Positions 16,820-25,084 of a stretch of DNA of 36,843 nucleotides are shown here, in pieces. Positions within the stretch are counted from its first letter, which is position 1, and every line of letters starts with the position of its first letter. The notes below the pieces were generated by a model. It was not told where the DNA came from, searched no databases, and was given only the letters and a program-made list of their open reading frames with translations. This DNA comes from an uncultured Bacteroidales bacterium. Its GTDB lineage: Bacteria; Bacteroidota; Bacteroidia; Bacteroidales; UBA12077. The DNA lies in contig CAYFRV010000003.1 in the NCBI GenBank assembly GCA_964345495.1, forward strand, positions 1 through 36,843. Reading direction: 5' to 3'. The position numbers and the translations under genes were made by a program.

Positions 16820-17812
16820 TTATCCCATTAATTCTTTTAAAAGCCCTCTTGCCGTATGCAATCTATTTTCGGCTTCATCGTAAATAATAGAATTCGGGGA
16901 GTCAAGCACCTCGTCAGTCACCTCTTTTCCTCTATCTGCGGGAAGCGCATGCATAATTTTTGCATCCTTATTCGCCATAGAATAAAGCGTTTCATCTAAA
17001 ATCCAGTCCGGGTGTTTTTCCAGGTTTTCTTTCATTATAGCTTTATTCTCATCGGTATCCTCCCATTTGTCAAAGTATCCAAAACCTCCCCAGTTTTTCG
17101 GGATTACAATATCTGCACCTTTCACTGCTTCCTCTTTGTCATGAGTGAATTCCAGTTTGGTACCGTTTTCTGCTGCATTTTTCTTTGCTTGTTCAACAAT
17201 ATCATCCTGCAGAGGAAATTCTTCGGGCATTCCTACCGTAACATCCATTCCGAAGCGTGGGAAAAAGAGCACTTGCGACTGAGGTACTGAAAGTGGTTTG
17301 GCATGTGAGGTTGCATAAGTCCACAAAATGGTAACTTTTAACTTTTGAGATTTTGGAAAATGCTCCTTAATTGTAAAGTAATCGGCAATAACCTGCAAGG
17401 GATGGTAAATATCATCCTGCATAGAAATCATTGGAACATCAGCATACTTTGCTATGTCTTTGAGATACTGGTTGCCCAACTCATGGAAACAGTTCCGAAT
17501 GGCAATCCCTTCACCCATTCGACCAAGAACATTGCCCGTATCTTTGACTGTTTCCCCGTGGGAAATCTGCATTTTTCCTTTTGTAAGATCGTGAGCGTGA
17601 CCACCAAGCTGAGTCATAGCAGCTTCCATCGAATTACGGGTACGAGTGGATTGCTCAAAAAATATCATAAACAAGGTTCTTTGTTTCAGATAGTCGAAAA
17701 CTTTACCTTTTTTATATCGCTTTTTTAAATCAGCGGTAGATTCCAGTAAATAATTAATCTCTTCTTTCGTCCAATCCTGAAATGTTATGAGGTCTTTTCC
17801 TTTTAAATTCAT
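16820..17812 (-). CDS. ygeW: YgeW-like carbamoyltransferase (ATCase/OTCase superfamily)
   Basis: 330 aa ORF with the STRTR carbamoyl-phosphate motif (EQSTRTRNS) and HPLQ. KMQISHGETVKDT, KPLSVPQ...PRFGMDVT and ADIVIPKNW match stretches I recall from E. coli YgeW. The OTCase DxxxSMG motif is absent. Confidence 0.75.
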   Translation of the reverse strand: MNLKGKDLITFQDWTKEEINYLLESTADLKKRYKKGKVFDYLKQRTLFMIFFEQSTRTRNSMEAAMTQLGGHAHDLTKGKMQISHGETVKDTGNVLGRMGEGIAIRNCFHELGNQYLKDIAKYADVPMISMQDDIYHPLQVIADYFTIKEHFPKSQKLKVTILWTYATSHAKPLSVPQSQVLFFPRFGMDVTVGMPEEFPLQDDIVEQAKKNAAENGTKLEFTHDKEEAVKGADIVIPKNWGGFGYFDKWEDTDENKAIMKENLEKHPDWILDETLYSMANKDAKIMHALPADRGKEVTDEVLDSPNSIIYDEAENRLHTARGLLKELMG

Positions 17813-17866
17813 ATTTGTTTTGTATTTAAGTTCGTAATTTAGTAATTATCCGTTTCATTGTTATTC

Positions 17867-19054
17867 TTAGCCTTCCAAAGTATAAGGCAATAATGCATAA
17901 AACGCGGCTGCTTTGTCCAGATGTTCTATGGGTGTTTTTTCGTTCGGGGCATGTGCCATTACCTCATTACCCGGACCAAAGCCCAGACATGGTATCTCAT
18001 AACGGCCGCAAACAGCAACAGCATTTGTTGAGAATGTCCACTTATCCACTACCGGATCATTTCCAAAAAGATTTTTAAAATTGGTTACTCCGGATTGTAT
18101 CAAAGGATGATCCTCTTCAACTTTCCATGTGGGGAAGTACTGCTCCTGTTTGAATACAGTACCTTTATAACTTGGTTTTTCATAAAGGGGTACTTCAACT
18201 TCAGCGTCCTCACCCAATAAATCAGAAACTTCTTTCACTGCAGACTCTTTTGTTTCTCCCCATGTCAGGCGTCTGTCAATATGGATATTTGCTTTGTCCG
18301 GTATAGCACAAAGAGAAGGTGCATCACTTTTAAACACAGTAGGAGCCAGTGTTCCTTTACCCAGTAATTCATCGGTTTTAAGGTTCTCATTCAATTCCTC
18401 TAACTGAACTGCAAAACGGGAAGCACTGTAAATGGTGTTTTTGCCCCTATCAGGTGCCGAAGCGTGTGCAGAAAGGCCTTTGAAATAAACTTCCATTTCC
18501 ATACGACCGCGATGTCCACGATAAATATTAAGATTCGTAGGTTCGGTGATTACGCAGTAATCCGGTTTCAATCCCTCTTTTTCAATCAGGTAAAGCCAGC
18601 ACAATCCATCGGCATCTTCCTCCATAATCGTAAATGTAAAATATATCGTCCAGTTGCCGTCGTAATTCATCTCCTGAAGAATACGGGCTGCAGTAATCAT
18701 AGAAGCAGCGCCTCCCTCCTGATCAACGGTGCCACGGCCATAAACGTAGCCGTCTTTGATTTCACCGGAAAACGGATCAAAGTCCCATTGGGAAACATCA
18801 CCGGTATCAACTGTATCAATATGTGCATCTATAGCCAGTACTTTTTCGCCCGATCCGATTTTGGCAATGACGTTTCCCAAACCATCCGTCCAGTGATTCT
18901 TTATTCCGGCTTTATCCAAAAGTTCAGTAACTTTTTCCATTACTTCCTTCTCTTCTCCGCTTATGGAAGGAATCTTTACCATTTCCGACAAGCATTCACT
19001 TGTAAACGAGGAGTATTGTTTCGTCTTATTCAGTATGTCTTCCTTCATATTCAT
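17867..19054 (-). CDS. ygeY: YgeY-family M20 metallopeptidase/amidohydrolase
   Basis: 395 aa ORF. YFPTWKVEEDH, VVDKWTFSTN and GFGPGNEVMAHAPNEKT are near-identical to E. coli YgeY segments. The M20 metal ligands are present (DAHIDTV, EEDADG). Confidence 0.85.
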   Translation of the reverse strand: MNMKEDILNKTKQYSSFTSECLSEMVKIPSISGEEKEVMEKVTELLDKAGIKNHWTDGLGNVIAKIGSGEKVLAIDAHIDTVDTGDVSQWDFDPFSGEIKDGYVYGRGTVDQEGGAASMITAARILQEMNYDGNWTIYFTFTIMEEDADGLCWLYLIEKEGLKPDYCVITEPTNLNIYRGHRGRMEMEVYFKGLSAHASAPDRGKNTIYSASRFAVQLEELNENLKTDELLGKGTLAPTVFKSDAPSLCAIPDKANIHIDRRLTWGETKESAVKEVSDLLGEDAEVEVPLYEKPSYKGTVFKQEQYFPTWKVEEDHPLIQSGVTNFKNLFGNDPVVDKWTFSTNAVAVCGRYEIPCLGFGPGNEVMAHAPNEKTPIEHLDKAAAFYALLPYTLEG

Positions 19055-19081
19055 TATTCTCCTTTCAAATTTTATAGTTTT

Positions 19082-22000
19082 TTATAAATTATTGCTTAGT
19101 GCTTTAGCGGCTTCATAAATCACACTCATTCTAATGGCCTCATCAAATTTTATTTGCCCGTCCTTATTAAACGTGACCTTCTCAGGGAAAAAATCCTTTA
19201 CCCGCAATTCAGCCTGAGCTTCCTCCGATTCAAAAAAGAATTTACTATTGTTCCTTTGAAGCGACTTCACCGCGCCTTCAGTTTTAAAGAAAAGCACATC
19301 ATTATCGAAGAAATAACCTTCTTCAGCTTCGGAAAAGCTTTTTTCTGTCAGGTGAAGTTGTGGTTTGTCCTTAAAAGGCGCACCTGAAGAGGGACAGAAT
19401 GTTTCACAATTTCCGCATTCATTACAAAAATCTTTTATATTGAGCACCTGGTAACGCTGCTGTAAACTAAAAATACCGTTCGTCCCTTTAGTAACTCTTC
19501 CATTTTCTGCACGAGCAAAGGGAATCTCTACAGAGAAAGGTTCTACCGCATAAGAATGATTTGCCCGGTTAGGGCACACATCCACGCAGATATTGCAGAG
19601 CTCATCGCAAAACATGCAACGCCCGGCCTCCTGTTGAATTTCGTCTTCAGAAAGTGGTTGATTTACCAACTCAAAATCAGTTCGTTCTTCCGGCGAAAGT
19701 TTTTTTATATGCTTTCCCCGTTCAGTCCGGGCTTTGTTATATTGCAACTCAGGAAGTGTCACATCCTTATCAACATGAACCCGACTAGTATCTTCAGGCT
19801 TCACTCCTGATCTTTCCATAATTTTCCAGGCAGTATATTTCCCATCTGCAATAGCCTTTATCAAAGTAGAAGCTCCTCTTTTGGCATCTCCCCCAATGAT
19901 AACCTTTTCAGACGAACCGGTTAAATCTCCTTGTTTATCAATTAATTCCCTGAATTCCGGTTCAACATCCTGTCCAAAAGCAGGAATAATAGTATTGCAA
20001 TCAATTGTAATTTGCTTATTATTATCAGGAACAGGTTTTGGACGGCCGCTATCATCTTTTCCTTCAATTTTCATTTTCTGAAACTTCATACCCTTTATTT
20101 GTCCCTGATTAGTTAATACCTGCAAAGGATTGGCAAGTTCGACCCATTCTATTCCTTCTTCCAATGCCTCTTGCAGTTCCTCATCATCGGCCGGCATTTC
20201 ATCCCTGGTTCGGCGGTAGGCGAGTGTAACAGTTCCCTGCGCTCCTGCCAGCCGTTTTGCAGCCCGAGCTACATCAAGGGCTACATTCCCGCCCCCAAGA
20301 ACGACAATATCTTTTCCAAGGTTCGTCTTTCTACTAAACTTAATATCAGAAAGCAATTTAAGCGGGGAAACCAAACCTTCCGAAACATCCTGCACTCCCT
20401 CTATTTTCAAATTTTTGCTCTTTTGAGCTCCAACAGCGATATAAATAAAGTCAGATTTTTCCTTTAGTTCCTTAAATTTTCCTCTGTTTACTTTTGTTTT
20501 ATAATGAATGGTAACTCCCATTCGCTTAATTCGCTGAACATCCTTTGCAAGAGCTTCATCAGACAGCCGGAAAGAAGGGATTGTTTCGGCCACCATGCCA
20601 CCCGCTTGCTCTTTAGATTCAAACATTTCTACATCAAATCCGGCAAGTGCCAAATAATAAGCACAGCTAAGCCCGGATGGTCCGGCACCAATTATAGACA
20701 CTTTTCCTTTACTATCATTTGAATTGTTGGCATGTTTGGAAAGATTTGCTTTTTCTGCAATAAATCGTTTAATTTCCCTGATAAGAAGCGGATCATCGTA
20801 TAGCACTCTTGTACATCTTGTCTGACATTCATGGTCACAAATCATTCCGGAAACGGAAGGAAAAGGATTGTCATGCATAATCACTTCAAAAGCTTTATCA
20901 TACTCTCCACGGCTCGCATAATAAAGATAACCGGGTACATTTTGTCCTGACGGACAAGTGCTTTCGCATGGCGCCTGAATGCAATCAAAATGATTCAAAG
21001 GCCTCTCCAAATGAATACTGGGGGATTGAGCGTTATAATCAGGATTTTCAAGAACAGAATCTGCATAGCGATTGAGATTCTTTCGGGCAGCTTCATGAAC
21101 ATCTTCCTCCTTAGCTTTCCACTTGCTATATTCTTCGAGGTTTTTGGCTCCGGCTGCATTACATTCCTGTTGCAAAATTTCTATATACTGACTAAGCTTT
21201 CCATAACCGCCGGGTCGCAACAAATCGGTACTAACGGTAACAGGGTTCAATCCACAAGAAATAGTATCGGCAATGTTAAAAGTATCAGCACCACCTGAAA
21301 ATGACACAGGAACTTCTTTCAAGGCATCTTCATTTTTGAGCTTTCGGGCAACATTAATACTTATCGGGTGCAACCCTTTGCCGCTCATAAACATAGCATC
21401 CCCCTCAAAAACATTTTTATGGTTGAGGGATTCCAATGTATTTGTAAGTTTCAGCCCGAAATTAAGATTTTCGTTTTCTGCAGTTTCCATCAATGAGGTG
21501 ATCACTTTAACGGCTTCATCATATTCAATATCATGTTCAAAAGCTTCATCAGGAACAACAGTAGAATATCCGTATTGATCAAGTATGTATCGGATTTTAT
21601 CTGGTCCCAGCAAGGTAGGATTGAATTTTATAAATGTATGCAATCCCTTTTCCTTAAGCAAAAATTCTCCAATCTGCCGGATTTCACCAGGAGGACATCC
21701 GTGCATTGTGGAAAGTGTAACATTATCCGAGATACAATCGGGAATATCAAGCTCTTTAGCTCGCGGATAAAGGTCTGCAATTGCTTCAATCTTTTCATTT
21801 TTTTCTTTGCTGCAGTCATTCATTTTACTCAGGAACCACTGCACATTGTCTTTCTTAATTCCTTCGAGGTCATAGCCAAGACTCATATTGAAGATTGTTC
21901 CAATATCGTCAGTCCATTGGAATTTATCTTTCAGAACATGGATCAGTATCCAGGCATTGAGATATTCATCATAGGATTGGTTTATTTTCAATTCCTGAGA

Positions 22001-22330
22001 AAATTCGCAGTTATATCCTTCAAAAGGCATGTCTATACATGGCCGGGGAATATCAAGTTCGTCATCGGTCTGGACAGTCTTCAATTCAATATAACGGGCA
22101 CCACACAGCCATGCGCTAACAATATTTTGTGCCATCTGAGAGTGAGGTCCGGCCGAAATACCTACGGGATTTTCCAATGGCTGATCAAACATCCGGGTTC
22201 TCAAAGGGTTATTTTTGCCCGGTTTATAAAAAAGGGTCTCAGGGATATCAAACACTTCCTTCTCCTCAACACCTTTCATAGTAAGTTCAAAAATATGCCG
22301 CCATGGGATCAACGAAAATTCACTATTCAT
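19082..22330 (-). CDS. ygfK: YgfK-family multidomain Fe-S flavoprotein oxidoreductase
   Basis: 1082 aa ORF. The N-terminal DHODH/DPD-like barrel carries VTLSTMHGCPPGEI...FIKFNPTLLG, as in E. coli YgfK. The middle has GltD-like dinucleotide folds (VSIIGAGPSGL, VVLGGGNVALD). The C-terminus has two ferredoxin motifs (CDELCNICVDVCP, CNECGNCETFCP). Confidence 0.9.
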   Translation of the reverse strand: MNSEFSLIPWRHIFELTMKGVEEKEVFDIPETLFYKPGKNNPLRTRMFDQPLENPVGISAGPHSQMAQNIVSAWLCGARYIELKTVQTDDELDIPRPCIDMPFEGYNCEFSQELKINQSYDEYLNAWILIHVLKDKFQWTDDIGTIFNMSLGYDLEGIKKDNVQWFLSKMNDCSKEKNEKIEAIADLYPRAKELDIPDCISDNVTLSTMHGCPPGEIRQIGEFLLKEKGLHTFIKFNPTLLGPDKIRYILDQYGYSTVVPDEAFEHDIEYDEAVKVITSLMETAENENLNFGLKLTNTLESLNHKNVFEGDAMFMSGKGLHPISINVARKLKNEDALKEVPVSFSGGADTFNIADTISCGLNPVTVSTDLLRPGGYGKLSQYIEILQQECNAAGAKNLEEYSKWKAKEEDVHEAARKNLNRYADSVLENPDYNAQSPSIHLERPLNHFDCIQAPCESTCPSGQNVPGYLYYASRGEYDKAFEVIMHDNPFPSVSGMICDHECQTRCTRVLYDDPLLIREIKRFIAEKANLSKHANNSNDSKGKVSIIGAGPSGLSCAYYLALAGFDVEMFESKEQAGGMVAETIPSFRLSDEALAKDVQRIKRMGVTIHYKTKVNRGKFKELKEKSDFIYIAVGAQKSKNLKIEGVQDVSEGLVSPLKLLSDIKFSRKTNLGKDIVVLGGGNVALDVARAAKRLAGAQGTVTLAYRRTRDEMPADDEELQEALEEGIEWVELANPLQVLTNQGQIKGMKFQKMKIEGKDDSGRPKPVPDNNKQITIDCNTIIPAFGQDVEPEFRELIDKQGDLTGSSEKVIIGGDAKRGASTLIKAIADGKYTAWKIMERSGVKPEDTSRVHVDKDVTLPELQYNKARTERGKHIKKLSPEERTDFELVNQPLSEDEIQQEAGRCMFCDELCNICVDVCPNRANHSYAVEPFSVEIPFARAENGRVTKGTNGIFSLQQRYQVLNIKDFCNECGNCETFCPSSGAPFKDKPQLHLTEKSFSEAEEGYFFDNDVLFFKTEGAVKSLQRNNSKFFFESEEAQAELRVKDFFPEKVTFNKDGQIKFDEAIRMSVIYEAAKALSNNL

Positions 22331-23606
22331 AAAACCTCCCCTGTAATTTTTTTGCTGCTTTCTTTAATTCTTTTTTTATTTCATCTTCATCCACAGTTTG
22401 TATCTTACCGTCTTTATAAATTATCTCTCCACCTGAAATGGTCATGTGGGTTTTCTGGGCTCCAAAGCCAAGTATAAGATGAAAGAAAAGATTGTCAATA
22501 TTTATGGGTGTTTCAGGCACATAATCCAATACAGCCAAATCGGCAGAACGGCCTAGCTGAAGGCCACCGCTTTGCGGAAAAACTGAATTAATTGCTTCTT
22601 CAGAACGCCGGAATAATTTATCCTGCGGATTTTCAACAGCGCCATTTCTCCTCAGAAAATGAGAGCGGTAGCTGCCTATAATATTTCCTGACATTCCATC
22701 TGTGCCAATGATGTAATCCCTGATCTTTTCGGTATCCATCATTCCCACATTATTATTGGCATTTGACTCAGGATTGGAAACTACCACCGGTTTATATTCA
22801 TTGATTAACCGTGCATCATTTTCAGAAATATGAACACAATGTATCAAAAGAGAAGAGTTCGATAATAAATTAAATTGATTTAGTCTGTCGATCGGGCCAT
22901 CAAACCCTTCATCCAAACAGAAATCTAAATCTTCCCTTCCTTCACCACAGTGAATATGAATCGGCATCTTATTCGGTTTGTTATGGCTGATAGCCTTAAG
23001 CGACTCACCACTTAATGTGAAGTTGGCATGTAACCCCATCATTCCTTTTGTATTAGGGGAATCAATGTGTTCATTATAGAATTTAAGATTTTCATCCAAC
23101 TGCTGCCGGAATACATCTTCTCCTTCTCTGTCTGAAATCTCAAAAGAAAGAGCACTTTTTAAACCAACTTCGTTAAAAGCTTTCTCAATCAAATTAAGGC
23201 TTCCTGTCACATAGTTGGAGGATGCATGATGGTCAAAAATGGTAGTCACTCCGTATTTTGCCGAATCAATAACACCGGAAAGCGCAGAATAATATATTGT
23301 TTCCTCATCCAAAACCCGGTCAAGCGGCCACCAAAGATTTTTAAGGATATTAGAAAGCTTATCAGTTGGTCCAAGGGGAACGATTCCAACGGCAAAACGC
23401 GAATACAAATGATGATGCGGATTTAATAAACCCGGAATAATTACCCGGCCACCAGCATCAAAATATTCATCATTTTTATTTTCCATTTTATCAATATTCC
23501 CAAGATCGGCAATCTTACCATTTTCAATCCTGACAAAACCCTTGTCGTATATAACTGAATATCCATCGGTTACAACTGCATTTCCTATTGTATAATTCGC
23601 TGACAT
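22323..23606 (-). CDS. ssnA: SsnA-family aminohydrolase
   Basis: 427 aa ORF. LLNPHHHLYS and LKNLWWPLDRVLDEETIYYSAL...IFDHHAS closely parallel E. coli SsnA. It overlaps ygfK by 8 nt. Confidence 0.85.
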   Translation of the reverse strand: MSANYTIGNAVVTDGYSVIYDKGFVRIENGKIADLGNIDKMENKNDEYFDAGGRVIIPGLLNPHHHLYSRFAVGIVPLGPTDKLSNILKNLWWPLDRVLDEETIYYSALSGVIDSAKYGVTTIFDHHASSNYVTGSLNLIEKAFNEVGLKSALSFEISDREGEDVFRQQLDENLKFYNEHIDSPNTKGMMGLHANFTLSGESLKAISHNKPNKMPIHIHCGEGREDLDFCLDEGFDGPIDRLNQFNLLSNSSLLIHCVHISENDARLINEYKPVVVSNPESNANNNVGMMDTEKIRDYIIGTDGMSGNIIGSYRSHFLRRNGAVENPQDKLFRRSEEAINSVFPQSGGLQLGRSADLAVLDYVPETPINIDNLFFHLILGFGAQKTHMTISGGEIIYKDGKIQTVDEDEIKKELKKAAKKLQGRFYE

Positions 23607-23665
23607 ATTATTTAAATTTTTCTTTCATTAGTGTATATCACCTGTAGATTTTGTTATTGTCAAAA

Positions 23666-23699
23666 TATAAAAAGCCCCTGCAATTTGATTAATCCGGGG
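23666..23699 (-). terminator. Weak candidate intrinsic terminator/attenuator between the cyclic amidohydrolase gene and ssnA
   Basis: The minus strand reads CCCCGG-ATTAATCAAATTG-CAGGGG followed by CTTTTTATATTTTG. The stem is short (4 GC pairs plus 1), so the call is tentative. Confidence 0.25.
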
Positions 23700-23719
23700 T
23701 TAAAATATAGCTTCGTAAT

Positions 23720-25084
23720 TTAAAAGGGAAAATAATTATTTCGTCCGATCATCTTTCCATACCCTGGTTCAGTGACAATTCCTTTATCTGCATCATAAAT
23801 CACCCTGCCTCTCAAAATTGTATTTTTGATACGTCCTTCCCACTCCATACCTTCAAAAGGAGTAATTTTGCCTTTAGAATAAAAGTCTTTTCCGCGCACC
23901 GTCCATTTGGCATCGGGATCAATTATGACAAGATCAGCATCTTTTCCAATGGTAATTGATCCTTTTCTTTCGTAGAACCCATATTTGCGGGCAGCATTTT
24001 CCGACACAAGCTTAAGAAAACGGCTGAGGGTCAATCTCTGCATAGCAAAGCCCTCGGAAAATAAAAAAGGAAGGAGTGTTGGATTGCCTGGTATTCCGGA
24101 GTAATCTGTCCACACCGAACCTGTTTGCTTTTGTTCGGCAGGTGCAGGGGCATGATCAGAGGCTATAAAATCTATTCCGCCCTTACGCAGAAATTTCCAC
24201 AATTCACTTTTATTTTCTTCCGACTTCACAACAGGTGCAGTTTTAAGGGCACTGCCATATTTCTTAAAATCATCTTTAGAAAAAGCCAGATAATGCGGGC
24301 AAGTTTCAGCGGTAACATATTTAAAATCTTTCAATAATTCTACCGCTTGTGCTGTTCCAACATGGACGATGTGTAAATTCGCCCCAACTTCTTTAGCGAT
24401 ACTCAAAGCCTCCTGCACAGCAAGTATTTCAGCAATTTCAGGACGGGAACGATAATAATTCTCCCATTTTTCACCTTTAGTCTTTTCAAACTGCGTTGCT
24501 TCATTAACAAACTCAGCGTCTTCGGCATGAAGGAGTACAGGAATGTTAAGTTCTTTTGCTTTCTGAAGCACATTCATAAACTGGTAGCGCGAAAGGCTTC
24601 TAAAGCTATCCATTCCAGAGAGAAAATAAGTTTTAAAACCCATTACGGTATTGGAAAGTTCCTCCATTTGGTCTGCATAGCCTTCCTGATAGGATTGTGA
24701 AGAAACTCCACCAAAAAATCCATAATCAACAATTGCCTTACTTTCAATCTGCTTGTGCTTTTCTTTCAAATTTTTCATGTTGGTTACCGGCGGCACAGAA
24801 GTACATGGCATATCGATCACGGTAGTTATACCACCTGATGCGGCGGCTGAACTTCCATGCAGAAAATCCTCCCTTTCTGTAAAGCCCGGATCATCAAAAT
24901 GGACATGTGGATCTATACCCCCGGGAATAACCATACAACCCGAAGCGTCAATAACATTTTCACCCTCCAGATTGCTGCCCAAAGCTGTGATTACACCATT
25001 CCGGGTTTCAATATCAAGAGATTTCGTTTGATCTTCCCCGGATAAAGCCACTTTTCCATTCTTAATAACCAACTTATCACTCAT
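23720..25084 (-). CDS. Cyclic amidohydrolase, allantoinase (AllB)-like rather than HyuA-like
   Basis: 454 aa ORF with GGIDPHVHFDDPGFTEREDF...GGITTVIDMP, ETCPHYL and ASDHAP. The C-terminal GKDADLVIIDP...ILRGRVIY follows the pattern of E. coli allantoinase. It overlaps the Mo subunit gene by 8 nt. Confidence 0.8.
   Translation of the reverse strand: MSDKLVIKNGKVALSGEDQTKSLDIETRNGVITALGSNLEGENVIDASGCMVIPGGIDPHVHFDDPGFTEREDFLHGSSAAASGGITTVIDMPCTSVPPVTNMKNLKEKHKQIESKAIVDYGFFGGVSSQSYQEGYADQMEELSNTVMGFKTYFLSGMDSFRSLSRYQFMNVLQKAKELNIPVLLHAEDAEFVNEATQFEKTKGEKWENYYRSRPEIAEILAVQEALSIAKEVGANLHIVHVGTAQAVELLKDFKYVTAETCPHYLAFSKDDFKKYGSALKTAPVVKSEENKSELWKFLRKGGIDFIASDHAPAPAEQKQTGSVWTDYSGIPGNPTLLPFLFSEGFAMQRLTLSRFLKLVSENAARKYGFYERKGSITIGKDADLVIIDPDAKWTVRGKDFYSKGKITPFEGMEWEGRIKNTILRGRVIYDADKGIVTEPGYGKMIGRNNYFPF

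Noticed and set aside
21533-22477. A 314-aa plus-strand ORF, with similar long antisense ORFs at 11829-12359, 14704-15345 and 18464-19087
   Set aside because: Each lies entirely antisense to a well-supported conserved gene (ygfK, the FAD subunit, mocA/Mo subunit, ygeY). Their low-complexity, Phe/Ile/Leu/Ser-rich translations have no recognisable motifs. They are typical shadow ORFs in AT-rich DNA.
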